In this document: positions 1 through 9,458 of the stretch, piece after piece
Position numbering within the stretch: the first letter of the stretch is position 1
How the letters are laid out: every line of letters begins with the position of its first letter
Origin: an uncultured bacterium
Lineage (GTDB): Bacteria > Desulfobacterota > Deferrimicrobia > Deferrimicrobiales > Deferrimicrobiaceae
Assembly (NCBI GenBank): GCA_963764045.1
Contig: CAVXQW010000003.1
Location: 4,647 to 68,646, forward strand
DNA: 64,000 bases
Reading direction: 5' to 3'
Made by a program: the position numbers and the translations under genes
The notes under the pieces: generated by a model
Told to the model about the DNA's origin: nothing
Seen by the model: only the letters and a program-made list of their open reading frames with translations
The model's database searches: none

Positions 1-1
1 T

Positions 2-272
2 CGGAAAGATGAAGCCGAAGCTGAACCAGAGCCTATAGCCGAAGCCGAGCCTCCGTCGGAAGCCAAAGCCGATCAAAAACCTGAAGCGAAAGCCAACCCT
101 CTGCCAAAAGCCAAAAAAGAGCCTTAGCCTGATGCCAAAGCCAAGACACCATCCGATTTGACGCCGCAGATCGCCAAGCGAGCCGATGAACTCTATGAGG
201 AGCGAGGTCGAGCGAGTTCAGGACCGGGGGGAGACGGAGCGGGAGATACGGAAATATGAACGCCACAAATAA
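2..272 (+). pseudogene. 3' end of a gene: Pro/Ala/Glu/Lys-rich repeat linker plus DUF2934-like tail, interrupted by an in-frame TAG and a frameshift
   Basis: Frame 2 reads RKDEAEAEPEPIAEAEPPSEAKADQKPEAKANPLPKAKKEP*(TAG 125-127)PDAKAKTPSDLTPQIAKRADELYEERGR; frame 3 continues VQDRGETEREIRKYERHK* (TAA 270-272). Resembles DUF2934 'IAxRAYELYE.RGR...QDW..AE.EI'. Confidence 0.5.
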
Positions 273-314
273 ACAGGAGCAAACAACGCGGTGGGCGTGC
301 CCGAAAGGATGAGC

Positions 315-1194
315 ATGAAAATCAATTCAAAGGATTTCCGTGTGCGGCCCGGAGAAAAAGTCAAACTCAAAGAGTGGCCGACGATTGTGCAGCCCGTTTG
401 CAAGTCGAAGAAGCAATATCAAAACCTGCTGGAAGAACACGTTGAGGCGTTGAGTTCGCTGCAACGCCTTCATTACGCCTCCAGACGGTATGCGTTGCTG
501 CTGATTTTTCAGGGGATGGACGCTGCCGGCAAGGATGGTGCCATCCGGCACGTAATGTCCGGGGTCAATCCGCAAGGCTGTGAGGTTTTCAGTTTCGAAC
601 AGCCGAGCGCCGAAGAACTGAAACACGATTTTCTTTGGCGCACGACCCGTCGTCTGCCGGAACGCGGGCGGATCGGCATCTTCAATCGTTCCTACTATGA
701 GGAGGTTCTTATCGTTCGTGTGCATCCGGAGATTCTCCGCGGTCAAGGCCTTCCGGAAGAGCTGCTCGACGCGGCGACCATTTGGGAGGAGCGGTATCGT
801 TCCATTGTCGACTTGGAGGAACATCTCTACCGTAGCGGCACCCGGATTGTTAAGTTTTTTCTCCACCTGTCGAAGGAGGAGCAGCGAAAGCGATTTCTGG
901 AGCGCATTGATGAGCCGGACAAGAACTGGAAATTCAGCCTATCGGACATTCACGAGAGGAAATACTGGCAGCATTACATGAAGGCTTATGAGGCTTGCCT
1001 GAACGCGACAAGCGTCCCTCACGCGCACTGGTACGTCGTTCCAGCCGATGATAAGGAGAATGCGAGGTTGATTATTTCCCACAATTGTCCTTGATGCGCT
1101 CAATGCACTCAAGATGTCATATCCCAAGACTACCGAGAAACGTCGGCTGGAATTGAAATCCATCCGCAAAACGCTTCAGGAGACAAAATCCTGA
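315..1194 (+). CDS. ppk2: Polyphosphate kinase 2 family protein (frameshift near 1080)
   Basis: Walker [39 protein letters not shown]. After IIS the natural tail [18 protein letters not shown]...ETKS* is in another frame (stop 1192-1194). Confidence 0.88.
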
Positions 1195-1199
1195 CCAAT

Positions 1200-1641
1200 A
1201 TACAACCACAGCAGCGGTATGAAATCGGAATGGTCGGCCTGGGTGTCATGGGGCGCAATCTCGTGCTGAACATGGCCGATCACGGAAATTCCGTGGCCGG
1301 CTACGACAAGGATGCCACCAAAGTGGCGGCGCCAGGCAAGGAGGCCGAGAACCGGGACATCCGCGGTGCGGCGGATATCAAGGAGTTCATCGGCATGCTC
1401 CGCCGACCGCGCGCAATCATGATGCTCGTGCCCGCCGGCGCTCCGGTGGATTCGGTCATCAACGATCTGCTCGCGCACCTCCAGCCGGGCGATCTCATCA
1501 TTGACGGCGGCAACTCCTGCTTCAAAGACACCGACGTGCGCGCCCGCAACCTGATGGCGAAAGGCATTCAATTCCTTGGCGTTGGGGTATCGGGTGGCGA
1601 AGAGGGGGCGCGTCACGGGCCGAGCATCATGCCTGGCGGGC
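1200..1641 (+). pseudogene. gnd: Truncated 6-phosphogluconate dehydrogenase (N-terminal NADP-binding domain only)
   Basis: YEIGMVGLGVMGRNLVLNMADHG...IIDGGNS...GVSGGEEGARHGPSIMPGG, then similarity stops. The likely start position is ATA at 1200. Confidence 0.82.
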
Positions 1642-1696
1642 AGGGTTACCGTGTTGGAAATACGAGGGCCAGGCTCCACAGGAAAGGGGAGCGAAG

Positions 1697-1891
1697 ATGA
1701 AAAGATTAACGATTGTTTTCACAGTTTTGTTTGCTTTTACTATTTCAGCCTTTGCCGAGATGAGCACCGGGCAAGGTAGTGGCATGATGGGTGGTGGTTG
1801 GGGATGGGGAATGAACTCCGGATGGTTTTTTATGATCATTATCGCGATTCTCGTTATTTTTGGCATTGCTTATCTGATGAAACGAAAGTAA
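1697..1891 (+). CDS. Small membrane protein: signal peptide, Gly/Met-rich segment (GMMGGGWGWGM) and one TM helix
   Basis: RBS GGGGAG upstream; MKRLTIVFTVLFAFTISAFA signal-like; C-terminal hydrophobic helix followed by MKRK. Confidence 0.7.
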   Translation: MKRLTIVFTVLFAFTISAFAEMSTGQGSGMMGGGWGWGMNSGWFFMIIIAILVIFGIAYLMKRK

Positions 1892-1928
1892 AAATCTTTA
1901 AGGGATAATGCAGAGGGAGGAGGATCTC

Positions 1929-2306
1929 ATGATGAAAATCCTTGGATGTGCCCTGGTTGTCCTGTTTCTGGGAGCAGCCCCTTTATTGGCCCAGAGTTCC
2001 GAGGGGAACGAATACGGGAAAGGAAAAACACTTTATGGGGACAAATGCCAGTTTTGTCATGGCATTCGGGGAGACGGGAAAGGGCCGGCGGCTGAACCTC
2101 TCCTGGGGCACCCTGCTGACTTCACCGATTCCAAGTTTTGGAAGGAAGACGGAGAGAATGTAATCGAAGATACGATCAAGAAGGGCAAGGAAATGATGCC
2201 GGCATTTAACCTGGAGCCCGATCAAATCAAGGATATCATCCAGTACATGTCTCATACCTTCAAAACAACAACTCGGGAAAACAGTGGAGGGAGGAAAGAA
2301 AAATGA
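1929..2306 (+). CDS. Periplasmic monoheme class I cytochrome c
   Basis: Signal peptide, CQFCH heme motif, G.GDG.GP, distal Met in MMPAF; RBS GGAGG. Confidence 0.9.
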   Translation: MMKILGCALVVLFLGAAPLLAQSSEGNEYGKGKTLYGDKCQFCHGIRGDGKGPAAEPLLGHPADFTDSKFWKEDGENVIEDTIKKGKEMMPAFNLEPDQIKDIIQYMSHTFKTTTRENSGGRKEK

Positions 2307-3715
2307 TCTGGAAAAAACCCGGAAACATATTCTTTCTTCTCATCGGTCTCGCGTTATTGCTGCTTTTGCCGTTCAACAGCGCCCAGGCAGTACCGAGTTT
2401 CGCGCGCCAAACAGGTATGGCGTGTAATGAATGTCATACCATATTCCCGGAATTGACGCCGTTTGGGAGGATCTTCAAACTCGGTGGTTATGTGATGAGC
2501 AAGAGCGGCAGGCAATATGAATTCCCTCCGCCGTTGGCGGGTATGGCGCAGGTATCCTATACAGACTCCAAGGGACTGACTTCCGGGGTTGCTCCTTTTG
2601 ATGCCTCCGACAGGGCAACCGACAGATTCAATCTGCCGCAGCAGTTGAGCTTGTTTTACGGGGGCCGAATTTACGATCAGGCAGGAGCATTTGTGCAGGC
2701 CACCTACGATGGTACCAGCGACTCGTTTTTCCTGGACTTGACGGACATACGGTATGCAAACAACACCATTGTGTGGGACAAAAACCTGATCTACGGGCTG
2801 ACTATTAATAATAGTCCGTCCGTACAAGATGTCTGGAATACCACTCCCGTGTGGGGGTTCCCTTATGCATCTTCAAGCGTTGCCGCGACTCCCGCCGCTG
2901 GTCCGATCATCGACGGGGCGTTGGACCAGCAGGTCGGCGGCATCGGCGCCTATGCCTACTGGAACAATCTGATCTACCTGGAAGGGACCGTCTACCGCAC
3001 AACCAAGACCGGTATTACCAGGCCATTGGGCGTTGGCACCCCTACGGAACAGGTAGTGGACGGTGCAGCCCCTTACTGGCGCTTGGCATTGGAACAACGG
3101 TGGAAAAACCACTTCTTTACCGTAGGCACGTACGGCATGCAGGCGGATATCTTCCCCTCCGGCAATAGCAGTGGACCGACAGACCGCTTTACGGACATCG
3201 CCTTTGACGCTCAATATCAGTACATGGGGACGATTGAACCGGAACAGATGCCAGAGGGTATGCAAAAGGCAGGCGAACCTCCGGAGAAAGCGAACAAGCA
3301 TATCGTTACGGCGCACGCCACCTGGATTCATGAGAACCAGGACTGGAACGCGAGCTTTCCCCTCGGGAATACGGCAAACTCCTCTGACTTCCTGAATACA
3401 TTCAAATTGAACGTGAATTATAACTACAGGAGTTTTTTGGGCGATATGGGGGGATCGCTAGGCTATTTTTCCACAACCGGCAAAACAGACCCGCTGCTCT
3501 ATTCTTCCAACCCGGTTGATGGAAGCAGAACAGGCAGTCCCAACAGTGACGGCTTTATTCTTGAGGCGGATTATCTGCCGTTGCAAATGATCAAGATTTC
3601 TCTTCAGTACACAATCTATAACAAGTTCAACGGTGCCAGTTCGAACTATGACGGATTCGGCAGGGATGCTTCCGACAACAACACTCTCTACGCGCTGGTT
3701 TGGGTTATGCTTTAA
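2303..3715 (+). CDS. cyc2: Cyc2-type fused monoheme cytochrome c / outer-membrane porin
   Basis: Signal peptide then AVPSFARQTGMACNECHTIFPELTPFGRIFKLGGY (Cyc2 N-terminal signature), followed by an aromatic-rich beta-barrel-like region ending YALVWVML. Confidence 0.85.
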   Translation: MIWKKPGNIFFLLIGLALLLLLPFNSAQAVPSFARQTGMACNECHTIFPELTPFGRIFKLGGYVMSKSGRQYEFPPPLAGMAQVSYTDSKGLTSGVAPFDASDRATDRFNLPQQLSLFYGGRIYDQAGAFVQATYDGTSDSFFLDLTDIRYANNTIVWDKNLIYGLTINNSPSVQDVWNTTPVWGFPYASSSVAATPAAGPIIDGALDQQVGGIGAYAYWNNLIYLEGTVYRTTKTGITRPLGVGTPTEQVVDGAAPYWRLALEQRWKNHFFTVGTYGMQADIFPSGNSSGPTDRFTDIAFDAQYQYMGTIEPEQMPEGMQKAGEPPEKANKHIVTAHATWIHENQDWNASFPLGNTANSSDFLNTFKLNVNYNYRSFLGDMGGSLGYFSTTGKTDPLLYSSNPVDGSRTGSPNSDGFILEADYLPLQMIKISLQYTIYNKFNGASSNYDGFGRDASDNNTLYALVWVML

Positions 3716-3753
3716 TCCATGCGTTTTATGAAATGTTGAATGGAGTACATGCG

Positions 3754-4140
3754 ATGAGTTATTACTTCACCAAAATAGTAAAGGCTTCTTTTGACGAGGC
3801 CGTAGCAAAGGTAACCGCCGAATTGAAAGAAGAAGGCTTCGGCATCCTGACCGAAATTGATGTCAAAGAGACCCTGAAGAAAAAATTGAATGTAGATTTT
3901 CGGCGTTACAAAATCCTGGGAGCCTGCAACCCCCCGTCTGCGTACAAGGCTCTAACGGCAGAAAATAAAATCGGCACCATGCTTCCCTGCAACGTAATCG
4001 TGCAAGAGGTTTCAGACGGGCAGGTTGAGGTCACGGCGATCGACCCTCTGGCTTCCATGCAGGCAGTCGATAATCCTGCGTTAAAGGAGATTGCTTCCGA
4101 AATCAGCAACAAGTTGAAAAAGGTTATCGGCAGGGTATAA
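3754..4140 (+). CDS. DUF302 domain protein
   Basis: GFGILTEIDVKETLKKKL, YKILGACNP, GTMLPCNVIV motifs. Confidence 0.9.
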   Translation: MSYYFTKIVKASFDEAVAKVTAELKEEGFGILTEIDVKETLKKKLNVDFRRYKILGACNPPSAYKALTAENKIGTMLPCNVIVQEVSDGQVEVTAIDPLASMQAVDNPALKEIASEISNKLKKVIGRV

Positions 4141-4170
4141 GAATTATTCATTAAAAATGCATTATGCTTT

Positions 4171-4204
4171 CCCCGTGGGGGATCGAGTCCCCCCTTCGGC
4201 GCCA
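4171..4204 (+). mobile_element. att-like site: degenerate 3' half of a tRNA (Leu-type)
   Basis: GGGGG-ATCGAGT-CCCCC (T-arm with T>A in the loop) + CTTCGGC acceptor strand + G + CCA; no 5' half upstream. Confidence 0.65.
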
Positions 4205-4830
4205 TAAGAAAAGACGGTACGTCCAGCCCAAGAACTTTTGAAATCCCTGATTCTGATCGTGGCAATTCGTAATGTCTGAGATCAATCGAAGCATCCGTTC
4301 AGTAACTGGGGAACGGTGGGCCACGTTGGGTGTGGCCAGGATTTCCTCCCGGATCTCCGGTGTTAGCCGCAGCATTCCCAAGATTTGAGTCACCCTGGCG
4401 CGGGTGATTCCTTCTCTGCGAGCGATGTCAGCTTGGCTGGCGACATTTCCGGACTCTAGGTGAGCTTGCCACTCGATGGAGGGCCCCGATGTTACCGTAT
4501 TCGAAGGCCTCCTTAGGACCCCGAGGGGGATCTCGACGGTTTGTTCGCGGTAGGGGGCCACAGGCGCGCCACTGTGGCCATCTTGAGCGAGATGGACGAT
4601 CCGGAAGTATATCTCTGGCTCGACCCATCCCGGGCGGGTTCGCAAACTGGCACATTTGGGGAGCCAGATGTTACTGTCTGCAAACCATTGAGATTTGGTT
4701 TCCCATACCAGACCTCGATGGTTTGTCGACGATGAATAAGCACCTTCTTCACCAGCCGGTGGAGGAGGTGCTTTTTAAATTGGGGTTTTGTCCCGAACGC
4801 TTCGTCCCGGCGCACTTGAAATTGACGGTT
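4205..4830 (-). pseudogene. Remnants of a site-specific recombinase C-terminus and an associated small HTH ORF
   Basis: Fragments KKHLLHRLVKKVLIHRRQTIEVWYG and HLESGNVASQADIARREGITRARVTQILGMLRLTPEI (HTH-like) in different frames; no catalytic N-terminus. Confidence 0.45.
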
Positions 4831-4880
4831 TAGTCGGCGATGATCCATTACGGGTTCGGCTGACCACTCCGGAGGAAACC

Positions 4881-5858
4881 TTGGCGCATCCCGGTTCCAG
4901 ACCCTGGGTTGGAAACTTCTGTACGCCATTATTGGCGGTGTTACTGGCGGTGACAGGCTGCTCGGGGAAGCAGCCCCCCGGCTATCAGGGATATGTCGAG
5001 GCGGAGTTCGTGCATGTGTCGTCCTCCTTGGCGGGACGTCTGGATCGTCTGCCGGTGACCCGGGGACAACGGATTTCGGCCGGGACGCCGTTGTTCGCCC
5101 TCGAATCGGAGAACGAATCCGCCGCGCGACGTCAGGCGCGGCAACAGTTATCCGCCGCGGAAGCCCAGCTCAAGGACCTTCGTGCGGGCAAACGCCCGCA
5201 GGAGCTTGACGTCATCCGGGCGCAAATTGCGGAGGCGGTCGCGGAAGAAAAGAGGTCCGCCGCCGATCTGGCTCGCGACGAAGCCCAATACAAGGCGGGA
5301 GGGATTTCCAACGCCCGCCTGGACGAGACGCTCGCCCGGGCGAAATCCGATGCGGCGCGGATCCGTGAGCTGAGGAGCCAGCTCGATGTCGCAGGCCTGC
5401 CGGCCCGGGAGGAACAGATCAAATCCCAGGCCGCCAATGTTGCCGCGGCCCGCGCCGCCCTGGAACAGGCCGAGTGGAAACTGCACCAGAAGGCGGTCGC
5501 CGCCTCCGCTTCCGGGCTGGTGTTCGATACCCTGTACCGGGAAGGCGAATGGGTGCAGGCAGGGAGCCCGGTGGTTCGCCTCCTGCCGCCGGGAAACATC
5601 AAGGTGCGTTTCTTCGTTCCGGAAACCGTCGTCGGCGCACTGCCCGTGGGGAAAGAGGTCGTCCTCCATTGCGACGGCTGCCCGGCGGATCTCCCGGCGA
5701 AGGTCACCTATGTTTCGACGGAATCGGAATATACCCCTCCGGTCATCTACAGCAACGAGACCCGGTCCAAGCTTGTTTACATGATCGAGGCTCGCCCCTC
5801 CGCGGACAAGGCCTTCGACCTTCACCCCGGACAACCCGTCGAGGTAAGGATCCGTTGA
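4881..5858 (+). CDS. HlyD family efflux periplasmic adaptor (lipoprotein)
   Basis: Lipobox-like VTGC, YQGYVEAE, coiled coil, EYTPPVIYSNETRSKLVY, LHPGQPVEV; TTG start after GGAGG. Confidence 0.88.
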   Translation: MAHPGSRPWVGNFCTPLLAVLLAVTGCSGKQPPGYQGYVEAEFVHVSSSLAGRLDRLPVTRGQRISAGTPLFALESENESAARRQARQQLSAAEAQLKDLRAGKRPQELDVIRAQIAEAVAEEKRSAADLARDEAQYKAGGISNARLDETLARAKSDAARIRELRSQLDVAGLPAREEQIKSQAANVAAARAALEQAEWKLHQKAVAASASGLVFDTLYREGEWVQAGSPVVRLLPPGNIKVRFFVPETVVGALPVGKEVVLHCDGCPADLPAKVTYVSTESEYTPPVIYSNETRSKLVYMIEARPSADKAFDLHPGQPVEVRIR

Positions 5859-6790
5859 GCGACGAATACGCCATCGACGTCAGCGGGCTGAACAAACACT
5901 TCGGCGACAAGCACGTCGTGAAGGATGTTTCCCTGCAGGTGCGGCGCGGAGAAATTCTCGGGTTCCTCGGCCCGAACGGCAGCGGGAAAACCACCACCAT
6001 CCGCATGATGTGCGGCCTGCTCAAGCCCGACTCGGGGAGTGGGACCTGCCTGGGTTACGACATTCGGCGCGACAGCGCGCAGATCAAGCGCCATGTCGGC
6101 TACATGACCCAGAAGTTCTCCTACTGGGACGATCTGACCATCCGCGAGAATCTGAATTTCGTGGCCCGCATGTACGGCATGCCCGATCGTCTCGAGGCGG
6201 TGGATCGGACCCTGAAGGGGCTTGGCTTGACGGAGAGGGCGAATCAGCTGACCGGAGCGCTTTCCGGCGGCTGGAAACAGCGGCTGGCACTGGCCGCCTG
6301 CCTGCTGCACGATCCGGAACTGCTGCTCCTGGACGAGCCGACGGCGGGAGTCGACCCGGGAGCGCGGCGGGATTTCTGGGAAGAACTCCAACGGCTTTCC
6401 GCCGCCGGCATCTCCGTGCTGGTGAGCACCCATTACATGGACGAGGCGGAGCGGTGTCACAAGCTTGCGTACATCGCCGACGGCAGATTGCTGGCGAAAG
6501 GGACGTCCATGGAGGTGATTGCGGCCCAGGGTTTGGTCACGTGGGCGATCCACGACGGGAACCTCGCGGGCCTGTCCGAGACGCTGCAGAAGCTGCCCGG
6601 GGTGGAACAGACCGTCCTTTTCGGCGCGATGCTTCACGTGAGCGGGAGAGACGGGGATCTGCTGGAACGGACGCTCCGCGCGACGGCGGCCGGCACGGTC
6701 TTCCGGATGGAAAAGGTGGCTACGAGCCTCGAAGATGTTTTCATCTACAAGATGAAACAGTACGCCGATTCTACCGGGCCCGGGACATGA
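5855..6790 (+). CDS. ABC transporter ATP-binding protein (YbhF-like)
   Basis: GPNGSGKTT, LSGGWKQR, LLLDEPT, STHYMDEAE. Confidence 0.92.
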   Translation: MSDEYAIDVSGLNKHFGDKHVVKDVSLQVRRGEILGFLGPNGSGKTTTIRMMCGLLKPDSGSGTCLGYDIRRDSAQIKRHVGYMTQKFSYWDDLTIRENLNFVARMYGMPDRLEAVDRTLKGLGLTERANQLTGALSGGWKQRLALAACLLHDPELLLLDEPTAGVDPGARRDFWEELQRLSAAGISVLVSTHYMDEAERCHKLAYIADGRLLAKGTSMEVIAAQGLVTWAIHDGNLAGLSETLQKLPGVEQTVLFGAMLHVSGRDGDLLERTLRATAAGTVFRMEKVATSLEDVFIYKMKQYADSTGPGT

Positions 6791-7929
6791 CTCCTTTTGA
6801 CGGGTTTTCCCTTTCGCGGTGGTGGAGCATTATCCTCAAGGAATTTCTCCAGCTCCGGCGGGACCGCCTCACCTTCGCCATGATCGTCGGCATGCCCATC
6901 GTGCAACTGACGCTGTTCGGATACGCCATCAATACCGACCCCAAGCACATGCCCACGGCGATCATCGCCGCGGACCACAGCGAAATGACCCGCACGATGA
7001 TCGTCACGATGAAGTCATCCGGATACTTCGACATCGTCGGAGAGCTGCCGGACGAGGAGGCGGGCCGGGCGGCGCTGGCGCGCGGCGAGGTGCAATTCAT
7101 TCTGAACATCCCCGCCGGGTTCACCCGCAGCGTGCTGCGCGGCGAACGCCCTGCCCTGCTGGTCGAGGCGGACGCCACGGACCCGATGGCGACCGGAATG
7201 GCGCTGGCTTCGGTCGACCAGCTCGCCCGGTCCGTGACCGCAAAGGATCTGACCGGTCCCCTCGCATCCCTTGCGGGCGGCCAGGCGCCTTTCGAAGTCC
7301 GGGTTCATCGCCTGTACAACCCCGAAGGCATCACCCAATACAACATCATTCCCGGCCTCATGGGCGTCATCCTCACCATGACGATGGTCCTGATGACCGG
7401 ACTTGCCATTACCCGGGAGCTCGAGCGCGGTACGATGGAAAACCTGCTGGCCATGCCGGCGAAACCGGTGGAGGTCATGACCGGGAAGATCGTCCCCTAC
7501 ATCGCCATCGGCCTGGTCCAGTCAACGATCATTATCCTGGCGGCCCGCCTTGCCTTCCGGGTTCCCTTCGCGGGGAGCGTCGTAATGTTGTATGTGGCCG
7601 TGCTGTTCTTCGTGGCCGCCAACCTGACGGTGGGAATCACCATGTCCTCTCTGGCGCAGAACCAGCTGCAGGCCATGCAGATGACATTTTTCTACTTCCT
7701 CCCGAACATCCTGCTTTCCGGCTTCATGTTCCCGTTTCAGGGGATGCCGGCCTGGGCGCGGTTCATCGGGAATCTGCTGCCATTGACCTATTTCAACCGG
7801 TTGTCGCGCGGCATTTTCCTCAAAGGAAACGGCTGGTTGGATCTCTGGCCGAACATATGGCCCTTGATGGTCTTCACCGTTGTCGTCATGGCGATTGCGG
7901 TGAAGTTCTATCGCCGGACCCTCGATTGA
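6787..7929 (+). CDS. ABC-2 type transporter permease
   Basis: KEFLQLRRDR, ITRELERGTMENLL, ILLSGFMFP, multiple TM helices. Confidence 0.92.
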   Translation: MTPFDGFSLSRWWSIILKEFLQLRRDRLTFAMIVGMPIVQLTLFGYAINTDPKHMPTAIIAADHSEMTRTMIVTMKSSGYFDIVGELPDEEAGRAALARGEVQFILNIPAGFTRSVLRGERPALLVEADATDPMATGMALASVDQLARSVTAKDLTGPLASLAGGQAPFEVRVHRLYNPEGITQYNIIPGLMGVILTMTMVLMTGLAITRELERGTMENLLAMPAKPVEVMTGKIVPYIAIGLVQSTIIILAARLAFRVPFAGSVVMLYVAVLFFVAANLTVGITMSSLAQNQLQAMQMTFFYFLPNILLSGFMFPFQGMPAWARFIGNLLPLTYFNRLSRGIFLKGNGWLDLWPNIWPLMVFTVVVMAIAVKFYRRTLD

Positions 7930-7939
7930 GGGAGGGACC

Positions 7940-9415
7940 ATGGTGAAATCCGCCGTGAACGGGGCGCTCGGGATGCTCGTCCCGGCCGTCATCATCGGAA
8001 TGCTGGCGGGTTGCGCCGTCGGACCGGATTTCCGGCATCCGGAACCGCCCTCGTCATCGACCTATACGGCGGGTGCTCAACCTTCGGGGACCGTCGCCGC
8101 GAAAGGCCCCGGCGGAACGAAGCAACGGTTCGATACCGGAGCGGATATCCCGTCGGAGTGGTGGTCGCTGTTCCGGTCCGACTCCCTCGACCGGCTGGTC
8201 CGCATCGCGCTGGAAGAGAGCCCGACGCTTGCGCAAGCCAGTGCACGACTTACGCAGGCACGGGAGGATTTCAATGCCCGGGCCGGTGCCACGCAATATC
8301 CCGCGGTGGATGCGGGGATATCGGCCACACGCCAGAAGTTGAACCTGGCTTCGTTGGGAGTACCGAACGTTCCGGAAACCGGCCCGTTCACCCTGTACAA
8401 CGCGTCGGTTTCCGTTTCGTACGCGCTTGACCTGTTCGGGGGGAACCGCCGCGCACTCGAGGGTCTCGGGGCCCAGGTCGATTACCGGAATTTCGAACTG
8501 GAGGCGGCGAGACGGACAGTTGCCGCGAATGTCGTGAACGCGGCCATCCGGCAGGCGTCGCTGCGAGCGCGGATCGGGATAGCGCAGGATCTCCTGGAAG
8601 CGCAAGGCCGGCAGTTCACCATCACCGAAGATCGGTACAAGGCGGGAGGCGTATCCGCGCTGGACGTCCGGAACCAGAACCTGCTGCTGGACCAGACGCG
8701 GGCGTTGCTGCCGCCGCTGGAACGTCAGCTCGCCCAGGTAACCCATCAATTGGCGGTGTACCTGGGCCGGGAACCTTCCGAGGCGGCGATCGACGGGTTC
8801 GACCTGGACAGTCTCCATCTTCCGGAAGAGGTGCCTCTGAGCCTCCCCTCGTCGCTAGCGAGAAGGAGGCCGGATATCCGCGCCGCGGAAGCCCTCTGGC
8901 ATCAGGCATGCGCCAATGTGGGCGTGGCAACCGCCGATCTCTATCCCAAGATCACGATAAGCGGTAGCCTCGGTTCGCAAAGAACAAGCTCCGGCGATCT
9001 TCTGAGCGGGACGAATGTCTGGAGCATCGCCGGAAATCTCATGCAGCCGATCTTCCATGGCGGCGAATTGCGGGCGCGGAAACGGTCGGCCGTCGCGGCT
9101 TACGATGAGGCGGCCGCTGCGTACAGGCAGACCGTGTTGCAGGGGCTGCAGGAGGTCGCCGACACCCTGTCCGCCCTCGACAAGGATGCCCGAACGCTTC
9201 AGGCGCGTGCCGATGGCGCCGAGCATGCCCGGGTCGGTTATGAAATCGCCCGGCAACAATACCTGCTCGGCGGCATCAGTCACCTGGCTCTTCTCGATGC
9301 CCAGCGTCAACTTCTGCAATCGGAGTTCGACAGGGTGCAGGCCCAGGCCGACCGGTACGCCGATACCGCCGCGTTGCTGCAGGCGCTCGGGGGCGGATGG
9401 CGGGACCAAAGATAG
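7940..9415 (+). CDS. Outer membrane efflux factor (NodT/TolC family lipoprotein)
   Basis: LAGCAVGPDF lipobox, PSSLARRRPDIRAAE, C-terminal QALGGGW. Confidence 0.92.
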   Translation: MVKSAVNGALGMLVPAVIIGMLAGCAVGPDFRHPEPPSSSTYTAGAQPSGTVAAKGPGGTKQRFDTGADIPSEWWSLFRSDSLDRLVRIALEESPTLAQASARLTQAREDFNARAGATQYPAVDAGISATRQKLNLASLGVPNVPETGPFTLYNASVSVSYALDLFGGNRRALEGLGAQVDYRNFELEAARRTVAANVVNAAIRQASLRARIGIAQDLLEAQGRQFTITEDRYKAGGVSALDVRNQNLLLDQTRALLPPLERQLAQVTHQLAVYLGREPSEAAIDGFDLDSLHLPEEVPLSLPSSLARRRPDIRAAEALWHQACANVGVATADLYPKITISGSLGSQRTSSGDLLSGTNVWSIAGNLMQPIFHGGELRARKRSAVAAYDEAAAAYRQTVLQGLQEVADTLSALDKDARTLQARADGAEHARVGYEIARQQYLLGGISHLALLDAQRQLLQSEFDRVQAQADRYADTAALLQALGGGWRDQR

Positions 9416-9458
9416 GAAATCCCGCAGCATGGTTGGGGGTGCCGCGGGATCGGGATGA

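Noticed and set aside
125-127. In-frame TAG as possible pyrrolysine or readthrough
   Set aside because: It falls in a low-complexity linker where AAG (Lys) fits the repeat. Neighbouring lesions indicate decay or error, and no pyl genes are visible.
4120-4204. Complete tRNA gene
   Set aside because: Only the T-arm and the 3' acceptor strand exist. The upstream sequence is AT-rich with no D-arm or anticodon arm.
4881-9415. Efflux operon as a novel secretion system
   Set aside because: It is an ordinary HlyD + ABC-2 + OMF (YbhGFSR-like) arrangement with no adjacent cargo gene.
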